A stretch of DNA of 64,000 nucleotides from Paragordius varius (Eukaryota; Animalia; Nematomorpha). Positions 1 to 13,537 of this stretch are shown here, in pieces. Position 1 is the first letter of the stretch. Every line of letters begins with the position of its first letter. The DNA is taken from positions 2,480,001 through 2,544,000 of the forward strand of contig OZ176056.1 of assembly GCA_964247055.1 (NCBI GenBank), written 5' to 3'. The position numbers were made by a program, and so were the translations under genes. The notes below the pieces were generated by a model that saw only the letters and a list, made by a program, of their open reading frames with translations, did not search any database and was not told the origin of the DNA.

Positions 1-509
1 ATAAATGGCCCTATTATATTTTAACTATTATAATTAAATTTGTATCTTAGCAAATCAGTGTAAGCTCTGTTATGTAATAATAATTTTTAACAATATTTTA
101 AATATTATAGTATGTTTATCAGATTAATTGTATACACTCATATTATCAGTGCGAAACACTAGACAATAAATTTTGACTTAAGTCCGATTTGCCGGGTGCC
201 AAGCGCCTATTTATCTTTATATAAATTTTTTTATTTTTAGGCAATTTATGGAATAATCCGTAAAATATATAAAATATTTAAATGAGATCAAGATCAAACA
301 TTGTGTAAAAAACAACTTTTATGTAGGTTTTCCCTTCAAAAACATATGCATTATTTTTTTGCTTAACATTTTATTACCTTTTCACTTTTTTGTCCTAATT
401 TATCTTTTGGAGCTTGTCAGATTTTTAGGGTCAAAAAAAGATGCCTTGAAATTTCTAGCTTAACTAAGTAATAACACTTGTCCCTATTTAAAAATAATAT
501 TTATAACAT

Positions 510-1051
510 ACGGATTTCTAACCGGTTAGAGTGTAACCGGGGGTGGTTCCTAGAACACTAAAACCACAACCAGCCTGGTTTCTAATTCAAAAATAAACGG
601 GGTGGCTTCTAAAACTTTGGAATCGGAAGGGCTTGGTTTCTCAAAAATTAACGGTTCTGAAACCGGTTCCGTATATATAGAACAAAGTGGTTCCTTATTT
701 TTATTAATAATTTTTATACAACATTTATTATAAAAATATAAGTATTTATCCTGCTTTTCACATGACTAAGTTGCTTTTATCATCATTATGATAATAAAAA
801 ATTTTTCAGGCTTTACCTATCCTCTGAATATCAATCATATACCCTTTTTTGATGCCATTTCCTTGATCCTTTACAAATTACTTACATTTTAGTTCTAACA
901 CCCTTGCTCAGAGTTTATTATCTGACTTAAGGTCGTCACTTGTATGCATTATTACACATAATTTTTTGGAGCTCCTCTGTGTTAAAAGTTCAGAGAGTTT
1001 CGTAACTAATGTAATACCAAGCGCTTAGATTTAGGTTTAAAGATCATTTAA

Positions 1052-1092
<41 letters not shown>

Positions 1093-1960
1093 CAGTGGTA
1101 CTCACCAAAAAATTCGCCGCCTCTATAAAATATTTTAAGTCAAGCCAAAAGCTATATTAATACCGATTTGGTGTTGAACATAAAATCTGTTAATTTTAAT
1201 ATCCCATTTTATAAAATGTAAATATCCTAATTTTTACATTCATAATGACAGTAAATTCATGCATAATATTGTGTTGTAAGTCGCAATATGTACGGTGAAT
1301 GTAACCCTAGATAAAATGTAAATTTTTTGTCATATCTGTTGCCGAAAATTACTTTGAAAGTCTCATGAGGCCCCTGTGCTTCGGTTTGAGACCTGTGGTT
1401 CCTTTTTTTTCATTGTGGGTAATTAATTTGGATGGTATAGTTTATGATTTCGTTGATTTAGGGATTGTAAAATAATATAAAGTAGATTCAATAATTAAAA
1501 GTAAAACATATAAAAGGTTAACCTGGATAAGGTATTTTCCTTTTTAAATTATGACTCTTGTCTTAAGTTTTAATAGTAAATGTCAGAATAAAATTGTCAA
1601 CAAGAATTTATTTCAATCAGATACGAGGAAAAAAATGTTATTAAAATATTTAATTAACAGAATTATGATAGGGACTTTTGGAAAACCCAAAAAATATTAT
1701 TATAGAATTAAATTTAAAATTTAAACAATAAGTATTTTTAAAATAAATATTCATATGAAAACCGGTTTTTTAGGTCTGAAATCTAATTGGTTCCTAGACA
1801 TAGTTAAAAACGGCGGACTGGTTCCTAAGAATCTGAAAATGGAAACAGTAGTACTTAAATTTTAGAACTGAATTCAAGCAAGTAAAGCTAGAAACGGGTA
1901 GGTTTCTATCTAAAGATGTCGGTTTCTGCTAAAATCTCTGGAATCGGGTTTCAATTTCAT
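510..1960. repeat. Related element with two clusters of degenerate GGTTCC/GGTTTC direct repeats
   Basis: Clusters at ~520-700 and ~1760-1955 share their core with the 24894 element. A Charlie-type end CAGTGGTACTCACCAAAAAATT at 1093 is the same as the one at 33156. Confidence 0.5.
1050..1091. repeat. (TA)n microsatellite (others at ~12040, 19230, 22045, 25220, 27880, 45460)
   Basis: Directly visible. Confidence 0.95.
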
Positions 1961-3439
1961 GTGTCCAGGTGTCGAATTGATAGATATTATAATTGATATT
2001 ATGTTTTAAACAAATATAACAGCTAATATAAAAAATATTATGGAGATTATTTTCTTAGCCTACCTTTGCAATTCGAAGTCGTTTTTCTTATCAAGCAATA
2101 GGTGCCTTTATGAAACGAAATTTTTTTATAACAAATTCTAAAATTAGGATATTTTTTAAATTTAAAAAAAATAGCTGATTCAAAGAAGAAATTATATTTA
2201 AATGATTTTAAAAAATCATAATATACTTTAATGCATAAAATTTGTATCAAATAATTACGGTTTTCAATAATTTAAAAACGTTTTCCCTATAGTAAGCATG
2301 GGCCTTAGAATGCATTTTATATTAGAAATAATTTTTAGAGATTTAATTTGAACTGGCATAGAAAAGAAGTAAAATAAAATCAATGCAGTTATTTTTCCAA
2401 TGTTACAACCGCTATAAAAAAATTTTAGTTTTTTTATTCGAAATTATTTTAAAAAATGCATTCTTATTATGTGAATTATTATAGCATATTTTATTCTTAT
2501 CATAATGAAATGTCCATAAAAATTTTAAAATTAATTGCATATATATTATAGATCATATGATAACATTTTTTTCACGTATCCGATTGAAATAGATTTATAC
2601 CATGTTCCTAATTGGTGTCGAATGTTAGGGTTTCATATTAGGCGAAGAATTAAATTGGTAAAACTAAAAAAGATAATTGAAGAACGCATTTAATTCAGAT
2701 TGTAGGTGCCTAACACTTTACATTATTATACCCAAGAAAATAAGTAATAAGCTTTATCAGAAATTAAAAGATTTTAATAACAAATAATCTCATATTTTAA
2801 ACATTTGCATTATATTATTTATTTACTTACAACTTACTACAGAAGAAATAATTTCTTAATTATATATTCACATTGTCCAAAATCGTTGATTTAATCCTAA
2901 CAGTTTAAATTGTCAGAAATAGCTTAAATTTATTTTCTTTTTTTGTACTTTTTTATATTTATAAGTTTGATCTGGGAAACATTTGATAGAGTGGCGGTTT
3001 CTATCGACTGCGAAAAGGTTGATCTATCTTTAAAGACGTCAGGATTATCCGATTTTTTAGAGGGAAGTAGTCGAAATTTCTTTTTTTTCTTATGTTCTTC
3101 AATATTATCATTTTATTTCGAAAGTTATACTTTATTTAAGATTTGATTAGATTGTTGGTATCAAAATCACCATACACACGATTTTTATAGGTTTATTTAT
3201 CTTCTGTGTTGTAGAGTTTTCATATACGTTAATATCAATCATTTTGAAAATAATATTTATTTTTTAATTTATGCGATTTTTGAAATAAACAATCAAATTG
3301 AAATACCCTTATTATTCATTATAATCGACAACAAATTTTAACTTTTTATAAGTGTCATTTTTGTAAATTTAAAAATATTTCATTAAAGTACATAAATAGT
3401 ATTCTGAAAAAAAATTGGTTTAACCAATAAATTTTTATA

Positions 3440-3730
3440 ATAGGGATTATCAAATTTTGGCCCCGACCTAACATTAAACGAATTTCCAAAACTAAAAATT
3501 TCAGTATAGAGCTATGTATTATCATAAGCGCACAAAATTATATCTTTCGAACGGTAGTTATTCAATCAAATCAATCTGATGTAAAAGTTAGGTTTATATG
3601 GTAAAGATTTTTAACCCTTAAATAAGTCAAAAATTTTCACAAACACACTAATTTAAAAATCATAAAATTACTTTAATATAATTATTAGGGTTACATTAGT
3701 ATAAATAAAAAACCTTTGAAAAAGCTTTTG
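3440..3730. repeat. Dispersed repeat, inverted copy at ~23800-24060
   Basis: TATCTTTCGAACGGTAGTTA versus TAACTACCATTCGAAAGATA, and TTATTAGGGTTACA versus TGTAACCCTAATAA. Confidence 0.65.
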
Positions 3731-4874
3731 GTTGGCTCTTTAAATAAAAATTATTTATTATCGAATTATTTTACTTAGTGGATAATCAAACGCATAATAA
3801 CTATTAATCTATAACATAATCGTTAAAAAGATCAAAAATACCTCAAACTTTGTTTTTAGTCTTGGATAATTAAAAGCTTCTTAAAGAAAATAAATTAATA
3901 TTGGTGAGATGGTAATTTTTTAGAAAACCAAACTTAAAAATGGCCGTTTTGAATGACATAAAGGCAATAAATAAGTTATTTGATCAAAAAAACTTTCTTG
4001 TGTTATCTAAACATTCATTGCCACGTAGACAAAGTGTGAGCTATTTTCATCCATTAGATTTTAAAGTACATTTATTGACAAAAAAACAAATCATTTTTAC
4101 TTCTGAAATTTAAAAAATATCAACATTTTATGCAAAATGCAATCACCTTGTTTAATATACATAATTTCTGCATAAAAATTTATAAATTATCTGATTTAAA
4201 ATATGTTTTAGGATAAATGAACATATATTGTCGGAAATTTTTTTCAATTACCTCTTTTTAATTTTCTAAATAAAACCGCAGATATCTTAATACTAAAAAA
4301 TTTAAAAACATCTTTTTTTACATGTATGAAAAAATTTTCTCTTTAAAAACTTAATAGTACATATGTTTCAAAAGATAATCATTTGTAAAATATTTTTTTA
4401 ATTTATTTTAAAAGTATGCTATTTAAAAATTTATTATACAAATATATGTATATATTATACGTTTAGTTGCAACATAATATATATTAAATTATTTTTAAAA
4501 TTAGTAGTTTATATAAAAATATGAATGTATCAATAATTTTTAAATAATATAAATATTTTGAATGTTAAAATATCACAATATAATTAATTTCATCAACATA
4601 TTTTAATATCAAAGTTTTGGAAATTATAATTTTTTATATTTGTTTAAAAACTGAAAACTGTATTATATTAATATATATATCTTATGTTGCATTTTAAACC
4701 TGTAAATAAATTATTATATTAATATAATTATTGTCGACGACAATCTAAATCTTATGCTTTTTTGGGTTATTTAAAAAACTAATATAATAGTGAATTGTAT
4801 TGAAAGGTTTTAATCAAACTCAAAAAGATTTAAAATATATTTTTATTTATTAGCCATGGCTGTTTGTTAACACA

Positions 4875-7800
4875 TTAGAAACTTGTCAAGGATGGACTTT
4901 TCACAGAAAAAAGTGCACGATATTTCGGATCACATTCTTCGAACTAAAATATATTATGGAGAATAAATAATATACCATTTACAGATCAAATTCAACCTTG
5001 AACAATTCAAATTCACCCTTGAACAATTCAAATTTACCCTAGAACAATTCAATTCACCCTTAAAAATTCAAATTCACTCTTGGATAATTAAAATTCACCC
5101 TAAAATAAATTATGTGTTATTTAAAATTAAAAATTGCCGATATTTTTATATATTTTTTTTATGAAATGAAATTTTGTTCAAATTTAATATAATATCTTTG
5201 CAATAAGAATATATTTAATATTAATTATGAGTTATATTAGCCCGAAAACATATAATTTATATTTAAGGTGAATTTGAATTGTTCAAGGGTCAATTTGAAT
5301 TGTTAATGGTATATATACAGTAAAAACAGAATAAAGCAAGGAGAGCTCTGTTAATGGCCATTTTGGTGTTTGAATTGGCTAAAATATTGTTTACAGTCAT
5401 GTATCCTTTATTTTATCAAAAATTTATTTTTTTTGTTAAATGGGTATAAATATTTGGTAAAGAATGGAAAAAACAAGAGCTCTATATGGTAATTCTTATA
5501 CTTTTTTGATAAATATGAAATTAATACCGTAGAGCTCTTGTTTTTTCCATTCTTTAACAAATAATAATCATACTCATTAAACAAAAGAAAATAAATTTTT
5601 AATAAAATAAAGGATACATGACTGTAATTATACTAGTTTAAAAAAAACTAATCCCAATGAAAAATAATCACACATACACATGTGGTAACTAACATGGGAA
5701 TATAATCCCCTTCTATCTATAATTTAAAATTCCGAAATAGCTAGAGTATGTATATAAAACAGAAAATAAAAAGCGAAAGACAATATCTTTTTTAGGTGTA
5801 CCAAAACAATAGTTTATGAGCAAGCCTAGATTTTTTAAGTAAAATATTGGGATAGCGAAATTATTGAATAGTTGTTTGGTAACATATTACATGATTAAAT
5901 TATTAAAGTTAATTCAAAAAATGGGGTTTAAAATAACTAAAAAAACTAATTTGTGTTTTTTTTGACGCTTTATATTTCTAAATTGTAAATTTTTACATTT
6001 GTCGAATAATATATATGGGGTATACCAATTACAGTAGGATATACACATTGCTAGATTTTTATAAAATATTACCAGATATAACATATACAGCAAAGAAAAG
6101 CCTATTAACTAATAGTAATTAAAGCTTAAAAAATTAATTATTGGCAATCTGGAAATATTATTAATGAAAAAAAAACTTGCAAATAAAATTATTCGTACTG
6201 CAAAAAAAAATTATATTACTATATATGAAAACACATTTGTGTTTTTATTTTTTTGACCTAGTAGTATTTATACAATATAAACATTTACGCTCGTCAATCG
6301 TTAATACAGTAGCGTATGATATAAAACAAATCTTGTCATTAATATATATAAATTTAAGAGTAAACTGTTTAATTTAACCATTTGTCCTTTTTACCCATAT
6401 GATACTGTGTTGCCAATTGACTAACAATAATGTGAATTGGACAACACATATTGTAATTAATAACTTCCATATACTTCACATTAAATTAAAAAAATCGCAG
6501 TTTTTAAAAATGTATTTTACTTAGAAACACAGTTGTGTTATTTTTTAGTCCTTGTCGTTATAAAATTATAATACACCTATTATACTATATTAAGAGATAA
6601 GAAAATTTGATCTTTTAATAAAAACATATTAACAGCTTTTCATATCTCTCTAATAAATTAAATTAAATAAAAGTTTAAATAAGCATTAAAAATATTTTTA
6701 CACTAAAAGTGGTATTTTCGGATGGCGATTGAAATTTGTATTTTATCATTAAATTCTTTCCACTGCCTGACCAGTTTGAGATATCTTCAAACCCAATATT
6801 ACATCCCAGGCTTCCTGGTTCTGAAGTGAATTGTCCACTTACTACAATGGAACCTTTTGCATTCTTGACAACTAAAAATTAATTACTTTTATCGTATAGA
6901 AAAATGTTTATCTTGATATAGTAATTAATTAGCAAAAAAACTAAATGCATGCCTATTTAATTTAATAAAAATAATAAATTATCAATTCTAATCTCAAATA
7001 AAAAATTTAGTATTTACTATTTAATTATTAATTATAATGCCGCCTTTCTCTCTTGTTCATTCTATAAAAGACAAAATATTATTTTTACGATAAACCATTA
7101 TTTTTTTATTGCTTATCGTTTTGGGTTGAAATATAGAGAGGTACAGAAATTACAAAAATTATACAGGCGGATTTTGAGTAAGAACAAAAAATTTTTTTCT
7201 ATTTAAAAGACAATCATGTTTTATGAAACCGTGATATATTAAGATAACCTATCGTTTTTGGTTTGCAAAATATGGAATAAAAATGTGAATTAGTCTTTCA
7301 ATCACAAGTTTTTAAATATGGCAGTCTTTCCTATAAAATGTTTTTCTTTCTAATGTTTTATTTGTAAAATAAAAAAAATGAAATTAAACAAGCCTGTTTA
7401 AAATTATAAACTTTAAAAAATATGGAAGGAATCAGAACCATGGCAATATTTTGCACTCATATAACATTAATAAACTGAAATATATAAAAAAATATATACA
7501 AAAAGACTTGATATTACTTATTTTAAGCTGAAACCGAAAGGTAAAAATTTCGTCAACGTGACATGTGTCAAATTATAAAATCAAAAAATAATACAAAATA
7601 AACCGCTCTTTCTAATTCTATCAATGTTAGATGTAATTTAAATAAAAAATTAGCTTTAATTTTACCCTGAAAATTAAATGAAGACGATATTTTGCAAAAA
7701 TTTTGTAAAATAAAAATGGCGTCGAAGTAGTTTGACATGGAACTCTTTTTCAAAATAAAATTGTATTAAGATATTTTGGCATATTTATATAATTTCTATT

Positions 7801-9212
7801 AGGATAAAAGCATAAATTCAAATTGAGACCGTTTCCTTCAGTAGTTTTTTAAAAATATTAATTTAAATTTAGTCTAGGATATTTGGATACCTCAATTTGA
7901 ATCGAAGTGTTAATGTTTCAATAAATATTGCTGTCGAAATTCATACCAATATTTAAGTATTAATAACAATTTAAAATCATAGACCAAATAATTAAATTTA
8001 CATTTTTTGGGGGGTTTGTTATGTAATAAAAATACTTTTTATCTATTGTTAAATTGAAACCATGTTTTACAAAGAATATGTCCCCTATTTGCACCTAAAG
8101 TTAATCCTTAAACATTTTTAAAACTTGCATACAAATTAATTTATTTGAAATACCCATCTTTTTACAATTTTTTAATTTGATATTCTTATTATTAAAATAC
8201 ATTTTTCAAAATTAACATTTTTTATAATTATTTTTTCTGTTATTTCGAATCCAAACGTATTTCTAAGATTAACTTAAGAGTTAAAGGACCAACTTGGGTT
8301 TAAATGGTATATTTAGTTTAGACTTAAAACTCACAAAAATTCTCAAATATACATTACATAAAATTACGATACTTACCATATCTACAAGAATTGGGATATG
8401 TAATTAGGATATCAGCATAACACCCTTCTGATACCACAACTTCATCCTTCGGTTTAATTGAAAACAATTTTCGGTTAATTCTCTGTCCTTGTTGATGAGT
8501 TATTTGGCATTCCGACTTGGCTATATATATATATATCATATTTTGTCAGAATAAATTCAAAAATTACTGTAAAATAAAAACCTTAAAGGTAAAACGTAAA
8601 AATAAATGACAATTTTTTGCTAAAAGACAACCAACCATATTTTTTAAATCTTGATTTCATACAATATTAATTGTACAAACAAAAAGTTTTAATTAAATAT
8701 TTTTCCAAAAGACAACCATATTTTTTCAATCTAGATGATATTTATACATAATTAGTAATTATACAGGCCAAACTTAAAATATAATGAAAGACAAAACCGT
8801 AAATTTTAAATCATGATTTTGTATAGTATACATTGATTGATTTTATTCAATACTAAACGTTAAAGGACAAACCTTTTATAAAATGCTATAGGAGACCTAC
8901 CATATCATTTATATTTTCAATTTAAATATAAAAACTTATTGTTTTAAATTGCTGATAAAGGAATAAAAATGGAAAATCGGAATAAACTCATTTAGGGCAA
9001 AATTGTAATGAAATCAAGGTTTCTGAAAAAAAGTATAGCAGTTGTCTATTTTAAATAAAAATATTTGTCTTTATATTTTTACATTTTGTCTATATAACTT
9101 AATTTTTACTTACTGTATATAATTAAAAATAAATTTTAAAATTACCATCGTTTATTCCAAGTGATACCACCATAATAACTAAAACAAAGTATTTCAGTAA
9201 AGTCATCACCAT
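4875..9212 (-). CDS. Gene C: 7-exon predicted secreted Cys-rich protein, 215 aa (tentative CUB-like N-terminal half, WSC-like C-terminal half)
   Basis: Exons (minus): 9212-9146, 8520-8377, 6871-6702, 6364-6289, 6050-5997, 5716-5649, 4943-4875. All introns are GT-AG, phases match (1,1,0,1,1,0) and the total is 648 nt, giving an open frame. N-terminus MVMTLLKYFVLVIMVVSLGINDA looks like a signal peptide. The mature part has 10 Cys (...CRYVVKNAKGSIVVSGQF...GKNLMIKYKF...FSFTLKF; LTIDEPMCISYC...HMCMCDY...EECD). AATAAA lies downstream of the stop. Domain names are inference from motif resemblance. Confidence 0.75.
4971..5313. mobile_element. MITE with TATACCATTTACA TIR and subterminal 21-bp tandem repeats
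   Basis: The unit TTGAACAATTCAAATTCACCC is repeated ~6x on the left and inverted ~2x on the right. Related copies at 15564-15904, 53383-53633, 10753-10850 and 57369-57480. Confidence 0.75.
5394..5624. mobile_element. Fold-back MITE flanked by TA (copy 1)
   Basis: TA|CAGTCATGTATCCTTTATTTTAT ... ATAAAATAAAGGATACATGACTG|TA. Almost the whole element is a hairpin. It lies in gene C intron 6. Confidence 0.85.
7700..7930. repeat. Dispersed repeat, direct copy at ~12960-13140
   Basis: AAAATAAAAATGG(C/A)GTCGA(A/G)GTAGTTT and GGATAAAAGCATAAATT are shared. Confidence 0.6.
8567..9115. mobile_element. Longer CAGTAAAAA-family MITE with ~85-bp internal tandem units (gene C intron 1)
   Basis: Ends match the 42912-43197 family. 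The motif AAAGACAACCATATTTTT recurs about every 85 bp inside. Confidence 0.6.
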
Positions 9213-12039
9213 AGAATATTTGATATAAGCAAATTGAAGAGAAATTTTTTTAAACTGAAATTTATTTTGTAATACATCCCATCCCCTCCTTTATATATAA
9301 TATAATTTGGGAAATGACCTTGGAAAAATATATTTACCCCTATATTTTAGTAATAAAATTTTTATGAGAAAAAGCATGTTTTGCATTGATTTGGCACAAT
9401 TTGATATGTAATCCAACACAAATATTTACCTAGTTGGTTAACTGGTTAAACAGTAAAAATATATTTTCAGTGAGATTATCAAGTAAAAATTAATTGCTCA
9501 AATTTAAAAGTGTGGTTGGTGTTTTTAACATTAAAAAATGGCATTTTGAATAAAACTTTTTCTGCTGTTAAGCATGGTTGTTTTGGGTTATGAACTATGC
9601 CATATGTAGGCAGCTCTTATTTAGTTAGATGGTGTTGGGCGGCTTGTTTTTGAAAATAATTATTATATAGAATGGAAAAAATCAGATTTAATATTAAAGT
9701 AAGTTAAAACTAATATTTTATAGATGTTTTGCCAAGTACAAACATTTACAGTAAAAATTTTAAGTTCCAATATGAACTATTGATGTAAAACACATTAGTG
9801 TACATTATATATAGAGTTTTCATTATTCTTTCGATTGATATATATTACAAATGGCCATTAGGTGTATATTTTCAAATAAAATATTTTTAGCAAATATTTG
9901 ATAAAGAGGGCGCATTATTAAATAATTTACGGATAATTCTTAGTTACCATAATTTTAATATCAAACTTACTGTTAAAATGATAGCAAAAATCAGAAAATG
10001 CAAAAAACTCGAGTGTCAGAAAAATTTGTTGTTTAGTGTTATATATTATTTACGAAAAAAAATAGCATAAAGCCAATATTTTTATCATAATAATTAAACT
10101 GTTAAATAAATGTTTCAATGTAAAAATGTAAGTAAACACTGGTTGTTTCAAACCTTTTTTAATTATTTTAAAGCGAGCGGGATTACATTTTCAAGATCAT
10201 TAGCGATTTTTAAAACTCCATTATTCGATTCGGTTTGGGCTCTAAGGATAGTTTTGTAAAGAACAATATTTAGTCCATCCAATATGTTTGCGACATTTCC
10301 CAATTTTGAGACGATCTTTGAGGGCATTATATTTTTTCCGAAAGAATTTCCTCGCATTCCTTAGGTATCCAAAGTAGTTCTATTTTTGATTAGCTATTTT
10401 ACGACGTAATAATGTTTTTGTGTATTGAATTTGTTTACGATATGGATGTTTTCAAATCCTTATAGATTATATTCGATATATATAAGCAGCAGAACTTGGA
10501 TTCATTCTTGAGTATACATTATAATGCTCTTAAATTTTATGCATTTGGTGATAAATACAGTGGCATAGCTAGGGGGCAGCTTCGGGCGCCATAGTTGAGA
10601 GGTTACCGTATTTTGAATAATTTAATTTTATTTTTTAAAAAATAGATATTTTTAAGTTATTTACGCTAGTAACTTATAAATATTTTTTAATATCCTAATG
10701 TAAGGTGTATTCGCTGTAAATAAAATATTATCCAGCAATTTTAATGCTTAAATATACCATTTTCCTCAAAAGACTTTAATCAAATTTACCCTTGGACAAA
10801 TAACCCTTGAACCAATCAAATGCACGCTAAAAATAATAATGTATTTTTGAAAAATCACCTATATTTTTCTGTTTTATTAAAAAATAAAATTCGTTTTAAA
10901 TTAACATAATACTTAAAAATAAAAGACTAAGCCATAAAAAAATAATTTTATTACTTCATTACCTTTTCACTTTTTTTGTCCTAGTTTACATTTTAGGAGA
11001 GTTTTATATCACAGAGCTCAATTTTTAAATAAACTACAGTTTTGAAAGTTATTTTAGTTGAAATTAAATTCACAAACGTGTTTTTATGTATTAGTTAAAA
11101 AAACTAATATTTTTTAGAGATTTGTGATGAGCCTAAAATTGGGACAGTTTCAAAACACGATTGAAATGAAGAGCAATTATTATAATGTAAATGTATCAAA
11201 TTTTTACTGGTAAATTATAGCCTGAAGCTTAAAGTTAATTATTTACGTTTTCAAACCATAATATACATTTTGCCAGTTATAGCCATTTAAAGAATTAGAG
11301 AAAAAATGGCTAAAAAAAGTTTGAGATGAGCATTTTTTAACAGTCGAAATTCTTCGTGGGTGAATTCGAATTGTATAGAATTTTTCAAGTATAATTGATT
11401 TTAAAATTATAATAAAGCATTCAAAATATAATCTCGCAATTATGGCTTTTTTCGTCCACGTTTAATTTATTAATCATTAAATTCATTTAAAGCTATTGTG
11501 CCGAAAAATTGCGCTTTTCCGATTTTGTATAGCTCCAATAAAAATTTTACAACTCTTTATACAGCTACCCCCTAGAAGAATTGTTAATCAATTTACATAT
11601 GTTATGGGTTATTTAAAATTATTAATTTAGCAAGTTAGAGTTTTTATTATTCCATTTTCAATGAAGATATATTTAAATGACTTTACTAGTATGATAAAAG
11701 GATCAAGTGCATTTTTTGATCCTAGAAACTCTTTGTTATATGACTTAAAAAATTTCATATTACTTTTATTACATAATTTATCATATTTATTTGATCCATA
11801 GAAAAATGGTTGAATAAATATACATTGCCAGTTTTAAATTAACCAAATAGCTTCTGCACCATGAAAATATAATAAGCTTACATTGATTTTCTTTCAATTC
11901 ACTAATACTGATTATTGCTGTAATTCATAAATGGCCGACCTTTTTTCCCTCGGGCTACTATTTTGAAATAAAATTTCACACGGGCTCATGAATATTAATT
12001 CTTAAAAGATTCTTTTATAAATTTAACACAAAGGATGCA

Positions 12040-12072
<33 letters not shown>

Positions 12073-13537
12073 CTATATTTCGGATTGAAGTGACTAACAC
12101 CAGGCTCCTTAAATAAATTTTGAAAAAATATTACAAAAAATAGTTATTTTGAGGCAATTATTTTTATTTATGATCTTATTTTCATCAAGATACATAAATA
12201 ATACTGATTCAGAATACCTCGAGTTGCCGCACTAATTGAAAATACTGATTTACATGATTGAATTTATTAACTCTGCAATGATAGTGGCGTGTTATGAATT
12301 TCATAATGATCTTTTCTTAATAATTTTTAAACAGCACTTGAGAAACTTTAATGAAAGCTTCTTTCCTAATTTCTGCGTCCTGATAAGATTTGTTGTTTTT
12401 ATTAAAATTTCGCATATTTTGTTAGTTAAATTATGTTGATTTTTGATTTTCACAATGTAGTGTTTGTGACCATTTAGTTGCTCTTTCAATAGCTTAATTT
12501 TTGATTTGCGAATATCTGAATTGTATTTTATATAGTTCATGTGAAGTGTAGGATAATGTTTTTGAACATTTAAAATATAAGTTTAAAGGAAACCTGCTTC
12601 TGTTATTTGCTAGATTCAAACTATTTTCGGAACAAATTATTAACGATTTAAAGTTCGATAAAACATATGATTAATTATATATATTAATTAATTAATTTAG
12701 TTAATAGTTGGATACAACACATCATTTCCGTCCTTAGATTCAAATTAGGGTCTTTGGGGTCCCCATGACTGTTAATTTAATTCCTAAAAATATAAACCAA
12801 GCACTTATGTAATATTGATGCAGCGAAATATAAATAGATTTATTTTAAAACCCGATACTTTTTACGGATAAAACTTAATGGTAAAAAGTTAGCCAACAAG
12901 ATATGTGTATATTAGCTAAATATAAAAATAATTCAAAAACCTAATAGAATAACACGATATAAATTGTGTAAAAATAAAAATGGAGTCGAGGTAGTTTTTA
13001 TGGATTTTTTTAAAAATTAAATTTTATTTATATAATTTTATTGGGATAAAAGCATAAATTAAAACTAAAAACAGTTTCTTTCTTCAATTTTTTTGATTAC
13101 ATACCCCACTTTAAATCGATGTGTAAAATATAAATTTTTGTTAACAATTAAATTATTTCAAACACAAGATATATTAAGAAAAATAAATTGTGAAAAAAAA
13201 TTCGATGCAAAAATATTTTATAGGTTTTTTTTAAAAATTTTCAGGGGTTACGTTTTGACTAGCGGTTATCAGTCGACCGTTGTTATATGACATTTTGTTT
13301 TTCATGAAAACTGGGGTGGTATAGTTACTAACACTTTGTATATTTCTTAATCTATTGTTTACATCTTTTTATAAGAAAGAAATTTTACTATGTATAATAT
13401 GTTAAATCTAAAATATTACAAAATAAGAAGTATTTTCATTTAATTTATTTTTAGGACAATGATAATGGCGCTTAATTATTTAGATTGATTGTTTCGAACA
13501 TTTTAATAGGTGATACATCATTTAATTTTGGTCATAA

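Noticed and set aside
2047-3146. Remaining 60-80 aa AT-rich ORFs across the window (for example 2047, 2943, 7568, 20596, 26602, 35207, 38685, 47446, 57596, 62278)
   Set aside because: Their F/I/K/L/N/Y-biased composition is expected by chance in AT-rich DNA, and they have no motifs or splice support.
4990-5100. Regular 21-bp repeats as a possible CRISPR array
   Set aside because: The units are directly adjacent with no unique spacers, no cas genes are present and the context is eukaryotic.
6395-6473. Alternative exon YMEVINYNMCCPIH... for gene C
   Set aside because: It would leave only a ~30-nt intron and a phase clash with the next exon. Splicing 6702 directly to 6364 gives a consistent frame. 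An alternative isoform is not excluded.
10556-10680. CAGTGGCATAG / CAGAGGCGTAG ends (also ~22532) as Tip100-like elements
   Set aside because: Only single ends were seen, with no partner TIR or TSD, so no element could be delimited.
12301-12540. Lys-rich 79-aa ORF, with a MADF-like snippet in another frame
   Set aside because: No consistent splice path or start was found, and the motif resemblance is too short to support.
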